Assembly: GCF_044704955.1 (NCBI RefSeq)
Contig: NC_091995.1
Coordinates: 53,506,001 to 53,570,000 of the forward strand
Length of the DNA: 64,000 bases
Reading direction: 5' to 3'
Origin: Pristiophorus japonicus
Lineage: Eukaryota
Shown here: positions 1-11,765 of the stretch, in pieces
Layout of the letters: every line of letters begins with the position of its first letter
Numbering within the stretch: the first letter of the stretch is position 1
Translations under genes and position numbers: made by a program
Notes under the pieces: generated by a model
Databases searched by the model: none
What the model was told of the DNA's origin: nothing
What the model saw: the letters and a program-made list of their open reading frames with translations, nothing else

Positions 1-122
1 CTTCTGGCTGCTTCCTTCCGTAGGCCGGGGTTAGGGGAGTGGTCAAAAGTGGTTCATGGTCTGACCCTGCCGGTTCTGGGCCCCTCCCACCTTCACAATT
101 CTGCTCCGTGTTCTCTCCTCAG

Positions 123-371
123 GCCCCCACACCTCGATGCACCTTTACATCCACTCCAACAACCTCCCTGACCTGCCGGCCTTCTCTGTGCCCGGGATGT
201 TGGATAACCTTCAGACTGAGTACTACGACAGCCTCCTGAACAAGACCGAACCCAGGCAACAGTGGATGGCCGACAATTTTGCAGACGACTACTGGCTGGA
301 GCAGACCAAGACTGCCGACACCATTCACAGGCTCCTCTCCAGCAACATCGCCCGATTGACCATGCTCACTG
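123..371 (+). CDS. MHC class I-like heavy chain, alpha1 domain exon (phase 1-1)
   Basis: Acceptor ttctctcctcAG at 121-122 and donor G|GTGCGT at 372. Translates (G)PHTSMHLYIHSNNLPDLPAFSVPGMLDNLQTEYYDSLLNKTEPRQQWMADNFADDYWLEQTKTADTIHRLLSSNIARLTMLT, with class I alpha1 motifs GxH, LPxF, YYDS, PRQQWM and YW. 249 nt. Confidence 0.9.
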
Positions 372-439
372 GTGCGTCTCCTTTAACTTCCGCTGTGCCT
401 TCAGGTTAAAACAGAACTGGGCTGTGTGTAGTTGCCCAT

Positions 440-915
440 TAGACAACTGATCCCTGGGATGAGAGGGCTGTCTTATGATGAGAGGGTGTGTAGAATGGGC
501 CTCTGGAGTTTAGGCGAATGATAGGTAATCTCATTGAAACCGATAAGATTCTGAAGGGGATTGACAGGGTAGATGCTGAGAGATTATTTCCCTTGGCTGG
601 AGTGTCTGGAACTAGGGGGCACAGTCTCAGGATAAGCGGTCGGCCATTTAAGACTGAGATGGGGAGGAATTTCTTCACTCAGAGGGTGGTGAATCTTTGG
701 AATTCTCTGCCCCAGAGGGCTGTGGAGGGTGAGTCGTTGAGTATATTCAAGGCGGAGATGGACAGATTTTTGGACTCTCGGGGAATCAAGGGATATGGGG
801 ATAGTGCAGGAAAGTGGAGTTGTGGTGGAAGATCGGCCATGATCTTATAGAATGTTGGAGCAGGCTCGAGGGGCCGAATGGCTTAGTCCTGCTCCTTATG
901 TCATGTTCTTTTGTG
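440..915 (+). mobile_element. CR1 LINE 3' fragment
   Basis: ORF 518-850 matches the CR1 ORF2 C-terminus (TRGHSLRI...FFTQRVVNLWNSLP), followed by the CR1 3'UTR stem ggctcgaggggccgaatggc. Confidence 0.9.
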
Positions 916-1024
916 TTGATCCATCAAAGGTTTCTCAGTGAGGATTGTTGCTCCCAAGAGACATTGAGAACGGGCTATTCACCTCCACTTACACAATTAA
1001 AAGGGAAAAAAAGATGACAACACC

Positions 1025-1285
1025 GTTAACGTAGTATAACATCCCAAGGTAATTCACAGGAGCGATTATCAAACATTAGCACAGGTCACCCAAACCTTGG
1101 TCAAAGAGGTAGGTTTTAAGGAGCGTCTTAAAGGAGGAAAGAGAGGCGGAGAGGTTTAGACAGGGAGTTCCAGAGCTTGGGGTCCAGGCAGCAGAAGGCA
1201 CGTCCACCAATGGTTGAGCGATTATAAGGGGGGATGCTCAAGAGGGCAGAATTAGAAGAGCGCAGACATCTCGGAGGGTTGTATT
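1025..1285 (-). mobile_element. L2-like LINE 3' fragment
   Basis: Starts with a degenerate ttaacgtagt..catcccaagg..ttcacagg, as in the reversed tail at 4340-4405, followed by typical reversed L2 coding remnant. Recognised by eye. Confidence 0.5.
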
Positions 1286-1704
1286 GCTGGCTGCCTGTAA
1301 TTGAAGTTGCTAAGGCAACAGCTTGAGGGTTTTGTTAATTAACAACCAATGAGATCTCTTTCAGCAGCCCTACACTACAATCTGAAGGCACTGCCTGAGA
1401 GAGCTGTCAGTGCTATTTTAGACTTTAGACTTTATTTCTCTTTGTCTTGTTTATCCGCTGCTGTAAGTGATGTGTACGCGCTGTGTGTCTCTGCTCTGTT
1501 AAGCATTTTGTGTATTTCCCATTATCAAGCCACACAGCAGCAAAAGCGTATCTAACAGGATTTCCATTTTGATTTCATGCTCCCCAGCGACATCAGCTGG
1601 TGAATAGGACAATGAGGAGAGGGCCGAGTGTAGGGCCCTGCACCCTGCCCCCACTCCAAACTCCACCGACACCACCCTGACAATGCTTTTATACTCCCTC
1701 TCAG

Positions 1705-1855
1705 GAGCTTGACGTCACTGGCAAGGCTGGCATTTATTGCACATCCCGGATACCACAGGGTACCTCGCTCGACCCCTCCACAGGGCAGCTAGAGTCAACC
1801 ACCTTGGCGTGGGACTGGAGCCAGACCGGGTGAAGACGGCAGGTTTCCTTCTCTA
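1705..1855 (-). mobile_element. Partial reverse copy of the tRNA-derived SINE seen at 8763-9125
   Basis: ctggcaaggctggcatttattgc and ccagaccgggtgaagacggcaggtttccttctcta are reverse complements of the SINE 3' half. Confidence 0.6.
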
Positions 1856-2030
1856 ATCATCCCATCATCATAGTCAGTCCCTCAACATCGAGGAAGGCTT
1901 TGAAGGGGTGGAAGATGCCTGTGCATGAGTTCTTTTAAAGTGGGGTGGTCGTTGCACACTGGCTACCACGCAGGCTTAGCAGAGCGAGGTCTTGGTCCAG
2001 TGGCAAGGGGGTCCAAGACGACTGGAGACC
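1855..2030 (-). mobile_element. Non-autonomous RTE-related element fragment
   Basis: Begins catcatcatagtcagtccctc, like the RTE tail at 19202-19250; its body matches 12400-12522. Confidence 0.6.
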
Positions 2031-2319
2031 TGTACAGGCCTAGTTGCGTACGAGTGGGATGCGAGCTGTAAGCTCGGGGCTGAGCAGCGCCCTTCAGTGA
2101 GATGGTGAGAGATCCGAGGCGTGGGAAGTGGGGGTGAGAGAGTTGAGGTACTACCTCCTGACTGAGGGCAGGCATTGGGATGGCCAGAGGTCCACTTTGT
2201 GGAAGGAGGAGAGGTCAGATTGGCCGCAGCCATTGCACACACCACGTGCTCGCCAGGGGCTCCACAGTTGATGGGAGCAGCGGCCGGAGGAAGATCCAAG
2301 ATGGCGGACGGGATGGTTT

Positions 2320-2442
2320 CCCCAGTGCAGTGCTGAGGGTGTGCTGCACTGTCAGAGATGCCGTCTTTCAGACGAGTCGGCAAACTGAGGCCCTGTCTGC
2401 TCTCTCAGGTGAACGCAAGAGATCCCATGGCACTATTTCGAT
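2320..2442 (+). mobile_element. Deu-domain SINE fragment (SacSINE1/AmnSINE-like)
   Basis: gtgctgcactgtcagagatgccgtctttcagacgag...ctctctcaggtgaacgcaagagatcccatggcactatttcga resembles the DeuSINE core domain as recalled. Confidence 0.65.
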
Positions 2443-2956
2443 ATTTCTATCTTCTAACGTCATGTCAACCCTGTTAGGCTCCTGGTCAATATGGAGGTAA
2501 AGTAATTATTCAATATTTCTGCTATTTCGCCGTGAGTTTATCGTGTGTGTCCCTTAGTGGACCTGTTCCTATCCTGTGTTACCTTTTGTTATTTCTGCGT
2601 CAGTAGAATACTTTTCAAATCTTTTTCTATTCTTTGGTAATTTAATTTCGTAGATCCTCTTTGCCTTCCTGATTTTTTTTTGTCTTTGATCCTAATCTCT
2701 TTGTATTCCCTATTGTCATTCTCTTCTTTATTGTCTATGTACTTGGTGTCTGCCTTTTGCTTTCAATTTTGCCCTTATCTCTTTATTCATCTCTGGTCCT
2801 TCATCACTGGCTAGTTTGCTCGTGTTTTTTTATTGAATGAGAAATGTAAATTCAGTTTAAAGGATGTGACGTAGAGGCCATCACTGAGACCTGGCTGGGT
2901 ATGATTCTAGGTTATTAGTTCTTTAGGCAGGTCAGGGAAATTGGAGCAGCAATATT

Positions 2957-3720
2957 GGCCCTGAAATTCCGGTCGGAGGCTTCTTTCGGACTAACGCCTC
3001 CGACCGGAGAAATTTTCCGGAAGTACCTGGTGGTCCCGGAGACCTCTTCGATTCCGGTGGGGAGGCCTTCTCTTCCCGTGCTGCGAAGCGCACTCCCGTC
3101 CTCGAGGTACGGACGCAGAAGGTGCAGTCACATGTGACTGCTCAACCAATCAGGTAAAGTATTCTCAATTAATAGCAATGGGAACTCTGTATCTACAAGT
3201 TCTCACTGTTACTGAGAACAAAAAATCCCAAACACAATAACACCAAATAAAAAATAAAAAACACACCTCACATAATTAAAATGAATTGAAATGAAAGTTA
3301 ATAAATATCTCGGAGAAAAAAATCCGTGTTTTTAAAAAGTTTTAAAAATTATGGTTTAAAATAAATTTAATGTAGTGGGCAGGGTTTTAAACTTAAAATG
3401 TGTTTTTTAAATGTTATTTTTTATGTTTGAAGTGTGTTTTAAAACTCTTACGCTGTAAAAGTAGACTATGCACCTGCTTTTATCAGGCGCAAGAGTTTTG
3501 AGGACATTTGCTGGGCAAGATATGGGTAAATCCCGCAATCTTGCCCTTGCAAATGTCCTCGTTCCCGAGATATAGAAGATCTGTCAAGTTCCAGCTTGAC
3601 ACATCGGAAAAGCCGGTTTTCAGCACATGTGCATTGTGTGCTGAAAACCGGCTTTTGCGATGCCTTCCCGGGTCTGTACACACTCCGTATGGACCCGGGG
3701 GAGGCCGGGATTGCTACCTC
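2957..3720. mobile_element. MITE-like non-autonomous DNA element inserted in the CR1 endonuclease
   Basis: Interrupts CR1 coding sequence; degenerate terminal inverted repeat (aaattccggtc / ggccgggatt); possible ATT target duplication; AT-rich core; internal hairpins. Confidence 0.5.
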
Positions 3721-4339
3721 ATTGTTACAGCATTAGATATCACTCAGGGTGAGCAGGCAGTAGAAACGCTATGGGTAGAACTGAGAAATAGAAAAGGATG
3801 TAAGACTTTGGTGGGAGTTTTCTACAGCAGTGATAGCAGTGATAAAGTAGCAGGATACATAAACATGGAGATCAGAGATACTTGCTGGAAAAGCACAGTG
3901 GTTATAATGGGAGTCTTTGGAGTCGCAAAGGCAGAAAATTTCTTGAGTGTATTCGGGACAGTTTTCTAGAACAATATGTTCCCGAACCAAGAAGAGAACC
4001 GACCATCTTAGATTTAGTGATGAGTAATGAGCCTGAATCAGTCAATGATCTAACGGTGTGGGAACATCGAGCGAACAGTGACCATAATATGATTGAATTC
4101 GATATTAGGTTTGAGAGGGAAAGGGTGAGTCACGAACCAAGGTTTTAAATCTAGGTAAGGTTGACATTGGAGGGATGAGGCAGGAATTGACCACAATAGA
4201 CTGGGCAGAACTATTAATAGATAAAACTACAGATGAAAGTGGGAGGTCTTCAAAAACAGTATTTGGTAGAATACAAGACCTGCACATACCCCTAATAGGA
4301 GATACGAGGAAAATTAAAATAAATCAAGGGGAGGAACTA

Positions 4340-4405
4340 AACAACAACAACTTGTATTTATATAGCGCCTTTAACGTAGTGAAACCTCCCAAGGCGCTTC
4401 ACAGT
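4340..4405 (-). mobile_element. Short L2/SINE 3' tail ending in (TTG)n
   Basis: aacaacaacaacttgtatttatatagcgcctttaacgtagtgaaacctcccaaggcgcttcacag. Confidence 0.6.
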
Positions 4406-4884
4406 ATGAGATAAAAAATTTGAAAGTGGAGGAACTAACTAGGTTAATATATAAAACATTACAAATTCATGATGTTCCAAAACACTCTCGATTCAGGAAT
4501 TGTCCCCATGGATTTTAAAACTGCCAATGTCACACCATTATTTAAGAACGGTAGGAGAGATAAACTAGAAATGATAGACCTATTAGTCTAACGTCGGTTG
4601 TGGGGAAGTTACTTGAATCTGATATTAGGGACTGAGTGACTGAGCACTTGGACAAATATTAACTGATCAGAGAGAGCCAGCATGGATTTGTAAAGGGTAA
4701 GTCATGTCTAACGAAGTTAGTTGAATTCTTTGAGGAGATAACCAATGTGGTAGACAAAGAACATCAGTGAAGTATGTTGGTGAACCACTTGGGTTCACTG
4801 GTTAGCTTCATGGTCATTTTTATAGACACAGGATTTTTAAAGTAAACTCAAATTTTCACAGTTCGCTGGTAGGATTTGAACACT

Positions 4885-5730
4885 CAGTGCCCCCCCAATA
4901 TCACCCCCAGTGCCCCCCCAATATCACTCCCAGTGCCCCCCCAATATCACCCCCAGTGCCCCCCCCAATATCACCCCCAGTGCCCCCCCAATATCACCCC
5001 CAGTGCCCCCCCCAATATCACCCCCAGTGCCCCCCCCAATATCACCCCCAGTGCCCCCCCCAATATCACCCCCAGTGCCCCCCCCAATATCACCCCCAGT
5101 GCCCCCCCAATATCACCCCCAGTGCCCCCCCAATATCACCCCCAGTGCTCCGCCCAATATCACCCCCAGTGCCCCCCAATATCACCCCCAGTGTCCCCCC
5201 AATATCAGTCCTAGTGCCCCCCACCCAAATGACCCCCGGTGCCCCCCCAAAATCACCCCCGGTGCCCCCAATATCAACCCCAGTGCCCCTAATATCACCC
5301 CCAGTGCCCCCCCAATATCACCCCCAGTGCCCCCCCCAATATCACCCCCAGTGCCCCCCCAATATCACCCCCAGTGCCCTCCCCAATATCACCCCCTGTG
5401 CCCACAATATCACCCCCAGTGTCCCCCCAATATCACCCCCAGTGCCCACAATATCACCCCTAGAGAGCCCCCCATATCACCCCCAGTGCCCCCCCAATAT
5501 CACCCCCAGTGCCCCCCACTCTCACCCCCAGTGTCCCTAGTGCCCCCCAACAATATCACTCCCAGAGAGCCCCCCCAATATCACCCCCAGTGCCCCCCAC
5601 TATCACCCCCAGTGCCCCCCAATATCACCCCCATTGTCCCTCGTGCCCCCCAATATCACCCCCAGAGAGCCCCCCCCCAACATCACCCACAGTGCCCCCC
5701 CAATATCACCCCAGAGAAATCCCCCCAGAG
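4885..5730. repeat. C-rich minisatellite, ~22-23 bp unit (CCCCCAATATCACCCCCAGTGCC)
   Basis: Roughly 35 tandem copies with variable C-run length. Confidence 0.95.
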
Positions 5731-5941
5731 AAGTTCCTCCCCTATGAACCCTGCGGATTCCAGCCCCCTCCCCTGCCGCCCCCCCCCCCACCCCGGACTC
5801 GCTCTGTACCCTTCATTGCCACTCACTGAACACCGAGAACTTTCTCATTTAGCCACGGGGGCTATGGGGGTTCTGGCCAGCGGGGAGATAAATGGAGATG
5901 TTCTGCCAATAACATCGGCCTGACCTGTTGTTCCTTTCCAG

Positions 5942-6214
5942 ATGTCAAGTACTTCCAGGGGCTCTGGGGCTGCACACTGTACGATAACAACAGCACCAAC
6001 GGGTTTATAAAGTTGCACTTGAATACCTTTAGCGAGATTGAATGTGACACGAGCACAGTGCGTTGCAACGCAACAGGAGCCCTTGCATTTCTGAAGAATA
6101 TAATTACTCGGATCTTCACCAAAGATATTACTTTTATCCAGTCAATGTGTACCAGCTGTATTCAACATTTGCAGAAAGCCCTTCAAGTTGGGAAAGCAGC
6201 ACTGGACAAAAAAG
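5942..6214 (+). CDS. MHC class I-like heavy chain, alpha2 domain exon (phase 1-1, GC donor)
   Basis: Acceptor ttcctttccAG (5940-5941). Translates DVKYFQGLWGCTLYDNNSTNGFIKLHLNTFSEIECDTSTVRCNATGALAFLKNIITRIFTKDITFIQSMCTSCIQHLQKALQVGKAALDKK, with QxxxGC (C101) and CIxxLxKxLxxGK (C164) motifs. 273 nt, ending AAG|GCAAGT. Confidence 0.85.
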
Positions 6215-6314
6215 GCAAGTGTGAAATCTAATCTGGGTATGAATTTTTTATCTGGTGTGGGTGTAAACTGGATGTGGGTGTAATCTGGGTGGCGAGTGTA
6301 ATCTCGATGTGACG

Positions 6315-7925
6315 TTGACTATCACTAAAGAAGTAGTATTCGGTAAAATAATGGGACTAAAGACGAACAAGTCCCCTGGACCTGATGGCTTACATCCCAG
6401 GGTCTGAAAAGAAGTGGCTACAGCGATAGTGGATGCATTGGTTGTAATCTACCAAAATTCCCTGGATTCTGGGGCGGTCCCAGCGGATTGGAAAACTGCA
6501 ATTGTAACACCCCTATTTAAAAAAGGAGGCAGGCAGAAAACAGGAAACTATAAACCAGTTAGCCTAACATCTGTCGTTGGGAAAATGCTGGAGTCCATAA
6601 TTAAGGAAGCAGTAGCGGGACATTTGGAAAAGCATAATTCAATCAAGCAGAGTCAGCATGGTTTTATAAAAGGAAAATCATGTTTGACAAATTTGCTGGA
6701 GTTCTTTGATGATGTAACGAGCAGGGTGGGTAAAGAGGAACTAGTGGATGCAGTGTATTTTGATTTCCAGAAGGCATTCGATAAGATGCTACCTAAAAGG
6801 TTAACTGCACAAGATAAAAGTTCACGGGGTTGGGGGTAATATATTAGCATGGATAGAGGATTGGCTAACTAATAGAAAACAGAGAGTCAGGATAAAAGGG
6901 TAATTTTTCAATTGGCAAACAGTGACTAGTGGGGTGCCGTAGGGATCGGTGCTGGGGCCTCAACTATTTACAATCTATTGTAATGACTTAGATGAAGTAC
7001 CGAGTGTAATGTAGCCAAGTTTGCTATGATACAAAGATGGGTGGGAAAGCAAATTGTGAGGACACAAAAAATCTGCAAAAGGCTATAGACAGGCTAAGTG
7101 AGTGGGCAAAAATTTGGCAGATGGAATATAGTGTGGGAAAATTGTTATCCACTTTGGCAGAAAAAGTGAAAAGCAAATTATAATTTAAATGGAGAAAAAT
7201 TGCAAAGTGCTGCAGTACAGAGGGACCTGGGGGTCCTTGTGCATGAAACACAAAAGGTTAGTATGCAGGTACAGCAAGTAATCAGGAAGGCAAATAGAAC
7301 GTTGGCCTTTATTGCAAGGGAGATAGAGTATAAAAGCAGGGAAGTCCTGCTACAACTGTACAGGGTATTGGTGAGGCCACACCTGGAGTACTGCATATTT
7401 AAGGGGGGATATACTTGCATTGGAGGCTGTTCAGAGAAGGTTCACTCGGTTGATTCTGGAGATGAGGGGGTTGACTTATGAAGATAGGTTGAGTAGGTTG
7501 GGCCTATACACATTGGAGTTCAGAAGAATGAGAGGTGATCTTATCGAAATATATAAGATAATGAGGGAACTCGACAAGGTGGATGCAAAGAGGATATTTC
7601 CACTCATAGGGGAAACTAAAACTAGGGGGCATAGTCTCGGAATAAGGGGCCGCCCATTTAAAACGGAGATGAGGAGGAATATCTTCTCTCAGAGGGTTAC
7701 AAATCTATGGAATTCTCTGCCCCAGAGAGCTGTGGAGGCTGGGCCATTGAATATATTTAAGGTGGAGATAGACAGATTTTTGAGCGATAAGGGAATAAAG
7801 GGTTATGGGGAGCGGGCAGGGAATTGGGGCTGAGTCCATGGTCAGATCAACCTGATCTTATTAAATGGCGGAGCAGGCTCGAGGGGCCAAATGGCCTACT
7901 CCTGCTCCTATTTCTTATGATCTTG
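6315..7925 (+). mobile_element. 5'-truncated CR1 LINE (RT domain plus 3'UTR), frameshifted
   Basis: KSPGPDG, NYKPVSLTSVVGKMLE, QHGF..GKSCLTNL and VYFDFQKAFDK motifs, plus 3' stem and ttcttatg tail. Confidence 0.95.
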
Positions 7926-7980
7926 TGATTGTCCAACCAATGTTCTGGAGTTAGTGATGTGATTCTCAGTGCCTCCTCAG

Positions 7981-8256
7981 TTGCCCCGAAGGTGCTGGTT
8001 TTCCAAAGGCAGTCCCCCAGTGAGGAGAGCGCGAGTCTTCTGTGCCTCATCACGCCCTTCTACCCTCGCGCCGTCAATGCCACCTGGCTGAGGAATGGAG
8101 AGGCTGTATCGGATGGCTATGTCGTGCAAGTCCTACCCAACCACGACGAGACATATAGGATGGAGATCCTCATCGAGATCCAGGACAATGACCCAAAGAA
8201 CTACTCCTGTCAGGTCCAACACAGCAGCCTGTCAAAGACGCTGACAGTGAGGTCGG
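7981..8256 (+). CDS. MHC class I-like heavy chain, alpha3 (Ig C1-set) exon
   Basis: Acceptor cctcctcAG (7979-7980) and donor G|GTAAGT (8257). Translates VAPKVLVF...LLCLITPFYPRAVNATWLRNG...VLPNHDETYRM...YSCQVQHSSL, the canonical class I alpha3 motifs. 276 nt. Confidence 0.95.
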
Positions 8257-8762
8257 GTAAGTCACGTGTCCTAGAATGCTGCAGCACCGACGGGTGCCTT
8301 TGGTGCCGGCTCTTTCAGAGAGCTATCCAATTAGTCCTACTGCCCTGCTCCTTCCTCATGCTCCTGCAAATTTCTCCTTTCAGAATATATCCAATTCCCT
8401 TTTAAATGTTGCAACTCAATCTGTCTCCTCCACCCTTTCAGGCAGTGCGTTCCAGATCACAACAACTCGCATCCCTCTTTCTGGTTCTTCTACCTTCAAT
8501 CTGTGTCCTCTGGTTACCAACCCTCCTGCCTCCTGCCACTGGAAACCGTTTCTCTTTATTTACTCATCGCGAGTCGCGGGTCGAGGAAATATAAAGGAAC
8601 GTGGGGCGGGCGGGGCGGGGCGAGCGGGGTGGAGGGAGGGCGGGGGGGGGGGTGGTGGTTGCGGTGCAGAGAGAGAGATTGGAGAAACCAATGGAAGAGT
8701 GAGGAGAGCATATCTGTAGAATTTGACCAGCACCAGGCTGGAAAGTGACTGAAATTAAACTA

Positions 8763-9125
8763 CGGTAGCATAATGGTTATGTTACTGGACGAGTAATCCA
8801 GAGGCCGGGACTAATGATCCGGAGACGTGAGTTCAAATCCTACCATGGCAGCTGGGGAATTTAAATTCAATTATTTAATTAAATCTGGAATAAAAGAACT
8901 ATGATCAGTAACAATGACCGTGAAACCATTGGATTGTTGTAAAAACCTGTCTGGTTCACGAATGTCCTCTAGAGAAGGAAATCTGCTGTCCTTACCTGGT
9001 CTGGCCAATATGTGACTCCAGACCCACAGCAATGTGGCTCTCCACCATCTTCTCAAGGGCAATTAGGGATGAGCAATAAATGCTGGCCTTGCCAGCGATG
9101 CCCACATCCCATGAATGAATAAAAT
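8763..9125 (+). mobile_element. tRNA-derived SINE with LINE-like tail
   Basis: Pol III A box TAGCATAATGG (~8766) and B box GTTCAAATCC (8831); tail gcaataaatgctggccttgccagcgatgcccacatcccatgaatgaataaaa. Confidence 0.8.
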
Positions 9126-9513
9126 AAATGAGACATACAACACATGATCAGATGTAGGTGCTGAGACCGGGGACCAAATAGTCACTCTCCAATGGGAGGA
9201 ATTCATATCCTCCGCTCTTCGAGCTCCCCACAAGGGGAAGGCTGGCAAATCATGGGCGTGTGGCAGATGATGTCCAGCCTCAGCTCAGTGAGTGATACTG
9301 AGAGAAAGGAGAGAAAATATTAACACGTTTTAATAAAATCAACTAGCAGCAATGCAACAAAAAGGAAAAGGTTAATATTTATTTATTTATGTCCCCATCA
9401 AGGAGAGGGACATTGGTGTGCGTGAGTGAGTGAGTGCAATACTTCACAGTTCCAGCACCCAATATCACCCATCAAACACTCTCGAGGTCAGGTATTATAT
9501 ATCCAGACTTATA

Positions 9514-10080
9514 TCCAGAGTAACATTCCCTCTACACCGCCCATCCCACACTCCCAGGGAGGAATACTAGACCAGGAGTAACGATCCCTCTACACCGCCC
9601 ATCCCACACTCCCAGGGAGGAATACAAGACCAGGAGTAACGATCCCTCTACACTGCCCATCCCACACTCCCAGGGAGGAATACAAGACCAGGAGTAATGT
9701 TCCCTCTACACTGCCCGTTCCACACTCCCAGGGAGGAATACAAGACCAGGAGTAACGTTCCCTCTACATCGCCCATCCCACACTCCCGGGGAGGAATACT
9801 AGACCAGGAGTAACGTTCCCTCTACACCGCCCATCCCACACTCCCGGGGAGGAACACTAGACCAGGAGTAACGTTCCCTCTACACCGCCCATCCCACATT
9901 CCCAGGGAGGAATACATGACCAGGATTAACGTTCCCTCTACACTGCCCATCCCACATTCCCAGGGAGGAATACAAGACCAGGAGTAATGTTCCCTCTACC
10001 CAGCCCATTCCTCACTCCCGAGGGAGGAACACTAGACCAGGAATAACGTTCCCTCTACCCAGCCCATTCCTCATTCCTGG
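9514..10080. repeat. 58-bp minisatellite, ~10 copies
   Basis: Unit ccaggagtaacgttccctctacaccgcccatcccacactcccagggaggaatacaaga; period 58 (9572 to 9630). Confidence 0.95.
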
Positions 10081-10289
10081 ATGAGCACTCCTGTGTTGGA
10101 CTGCTTTCTTGGTCTAATTTGTGTCGTTACTTTAAAGACCAGAGTTAACACACATTCAGTTGTAACAATGCAGGAGTAGGTCCTTATTGAAACATCATCC
10201 TACACCATTCCAGTAGGAGTGCTCAAGTCTTTAATGAGACATCATGCTACACGATTCCAGCATAAGCGAGCAGCAGAGACTCACAAACA

Positions 10290-11765
10290 CAGTCTATCGA
10301 CTCTGGATCGGTTCCTATGGACTGGAGGGTAGCTAAAGTGACACCACTTTTTAAGAAAGGAAGGAGAGAGAAGGCGGGTAATTATAGACCGGTTAGTAGT
10401 GGGGAAAATGTTGGAATCAATTATTAAAGATGAAAAGCAGCATATTTGGAAAGCAGTGACGGGATCGGTCCAAGTCAGCATGGATTTATGAAAGGGAAAT
10501 CATGCTTGACAAATCTTCTGGAATTTTTTGAGGATGTAACTAGTAGAGTGGACAAGGGCGAACCAGTGGATGTGGTGTATTTGGACTTTCAAAAGGCTTT
10601 TCACAAGGTCCCACACAAGAGATTGTTGTGCAAAATTAAAGCACATGGTATTGAGGTAATGTACTGACGTGGATAGAGAACTTGTTGGCGGACAGGAAGC
10701 AGAGAGTCGGGATAAACGGGTCATTTTCAGAATGGCAGGCAGTGACTAGTGGGCTGCCGCAGGGCTCAGTGCTGGGACCCCAGCTCTTTACAATATACAT
10801 CAATGATTTGGATGAGGGAATTGAGTGTAATATCTCCAAGTTTCCAGATGACACTAAGCTGGGTGGAGGTGTGAGCTGTGGGGAGGACGCTAAAAGGCTG
10901 CAGGATGACTTGGACAGGTTAGGTGAGTGGGCAAACGCATGGCAGATGCAGTATAATGTGGATAAATGTGAGGTTATCCACTTTGGTGGCAAAAGCATGA
11001 AGGCAGAATATTATCTGAATGGTGACAGATTAGGAAAAGGGGAGGTGCAACGAGACCTGGGTTTCATGATACATCAGTCATTGAAAGTTGGAATGCAGGT
11101 ACAGCAGGCAGTGAAGAAGGCAAATGGTATGTTGGCCTTCATAGCTAGGGGATTTGAGTATCGGAGCAGGGAGGTCTTACTGCAGTTGTACAGGGCCTTA
11201 GTGAGACCTCACCTGGAATATTGTGTTCAGTTTTGGTCTCCTAATCTGAGGAAGGACGTTCTTGCTATTGAGGGAGTGCAGTGAAGATTCACCAGACTGA
11301 TTCCCGGCAGGACTGACATATGAGGAGAGACTGGATTGACTGGGCCTGTATTCACTGGAGTTTAGAAGGATGAGAGGGGATCTCATAGAAACATATAAAA
11401 TTCTGACGGGACTGGATAGGTTAGATGCGGGAAGAATGTTCCCAATGTTGGGGAAGTCCAGAACCAGGGGACATAGTCTAAGGATAAAGGCTAAGCCAAT
11501 TAGGACTGAGATGAGGAGAAACTTCTTCACTCAGAGAGTTGTTAACCTTTGGAATTCCCTACCGCAGAGAGTTGTTGATGCCAGTTCATTGGATATATTC
11601 AAGAGGGAGTTGGATATGGCCCTTACTGCTAAAGGGATCAAGGGGTATGAAGAGAAAGCAGGAAAGGGGTACTGAGGTGAATGATCAGCCATGATCTTAT
11701 TGAATGGCGGTGCAGGCTCAAAGGGCCGAATGGCCTACTCCTGCACCTAGTTTCTATGTTTCTAC
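10290..11765 (+). mobile_element. 5'-truncated CR1 LINE with frameshifts and stops
   Basis: RT motifs GLPQGSVLGP and SKFPDDTK (FADD altered); (TTCTATGT)-type tail at ~11751-11764. Confidence 0.95.

Larger units (their letters stand above)
2862..4760 (+). mobile_element. Degraded CR1 ORF2 (endonuclease to early RT), interrupted by later insertions
   Basis: AITETWL remnant at ~2875; VETLWVELRNRKG, TILDLVMSNEP and NSDHNMIEF motifs (3760-4100); QHGFVKGKSCLT remnant at ~4680. Confidence 0.8.

Noticed and set aside
4876-5923. Pro-rich ORFs (PPQYHPQC / PNITPSA)
   Set aside because: These are translations of the intronic C-rich minisatellite.
7929-8405. 158-aa ORF as a stand-alone Ig-domain gene or MHC class II/beta2m
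   Set aside because: It is bounded by consensus splice sites and preceded by two phase-compatible groove-domain exons, so it is the class I alpha3 exon.
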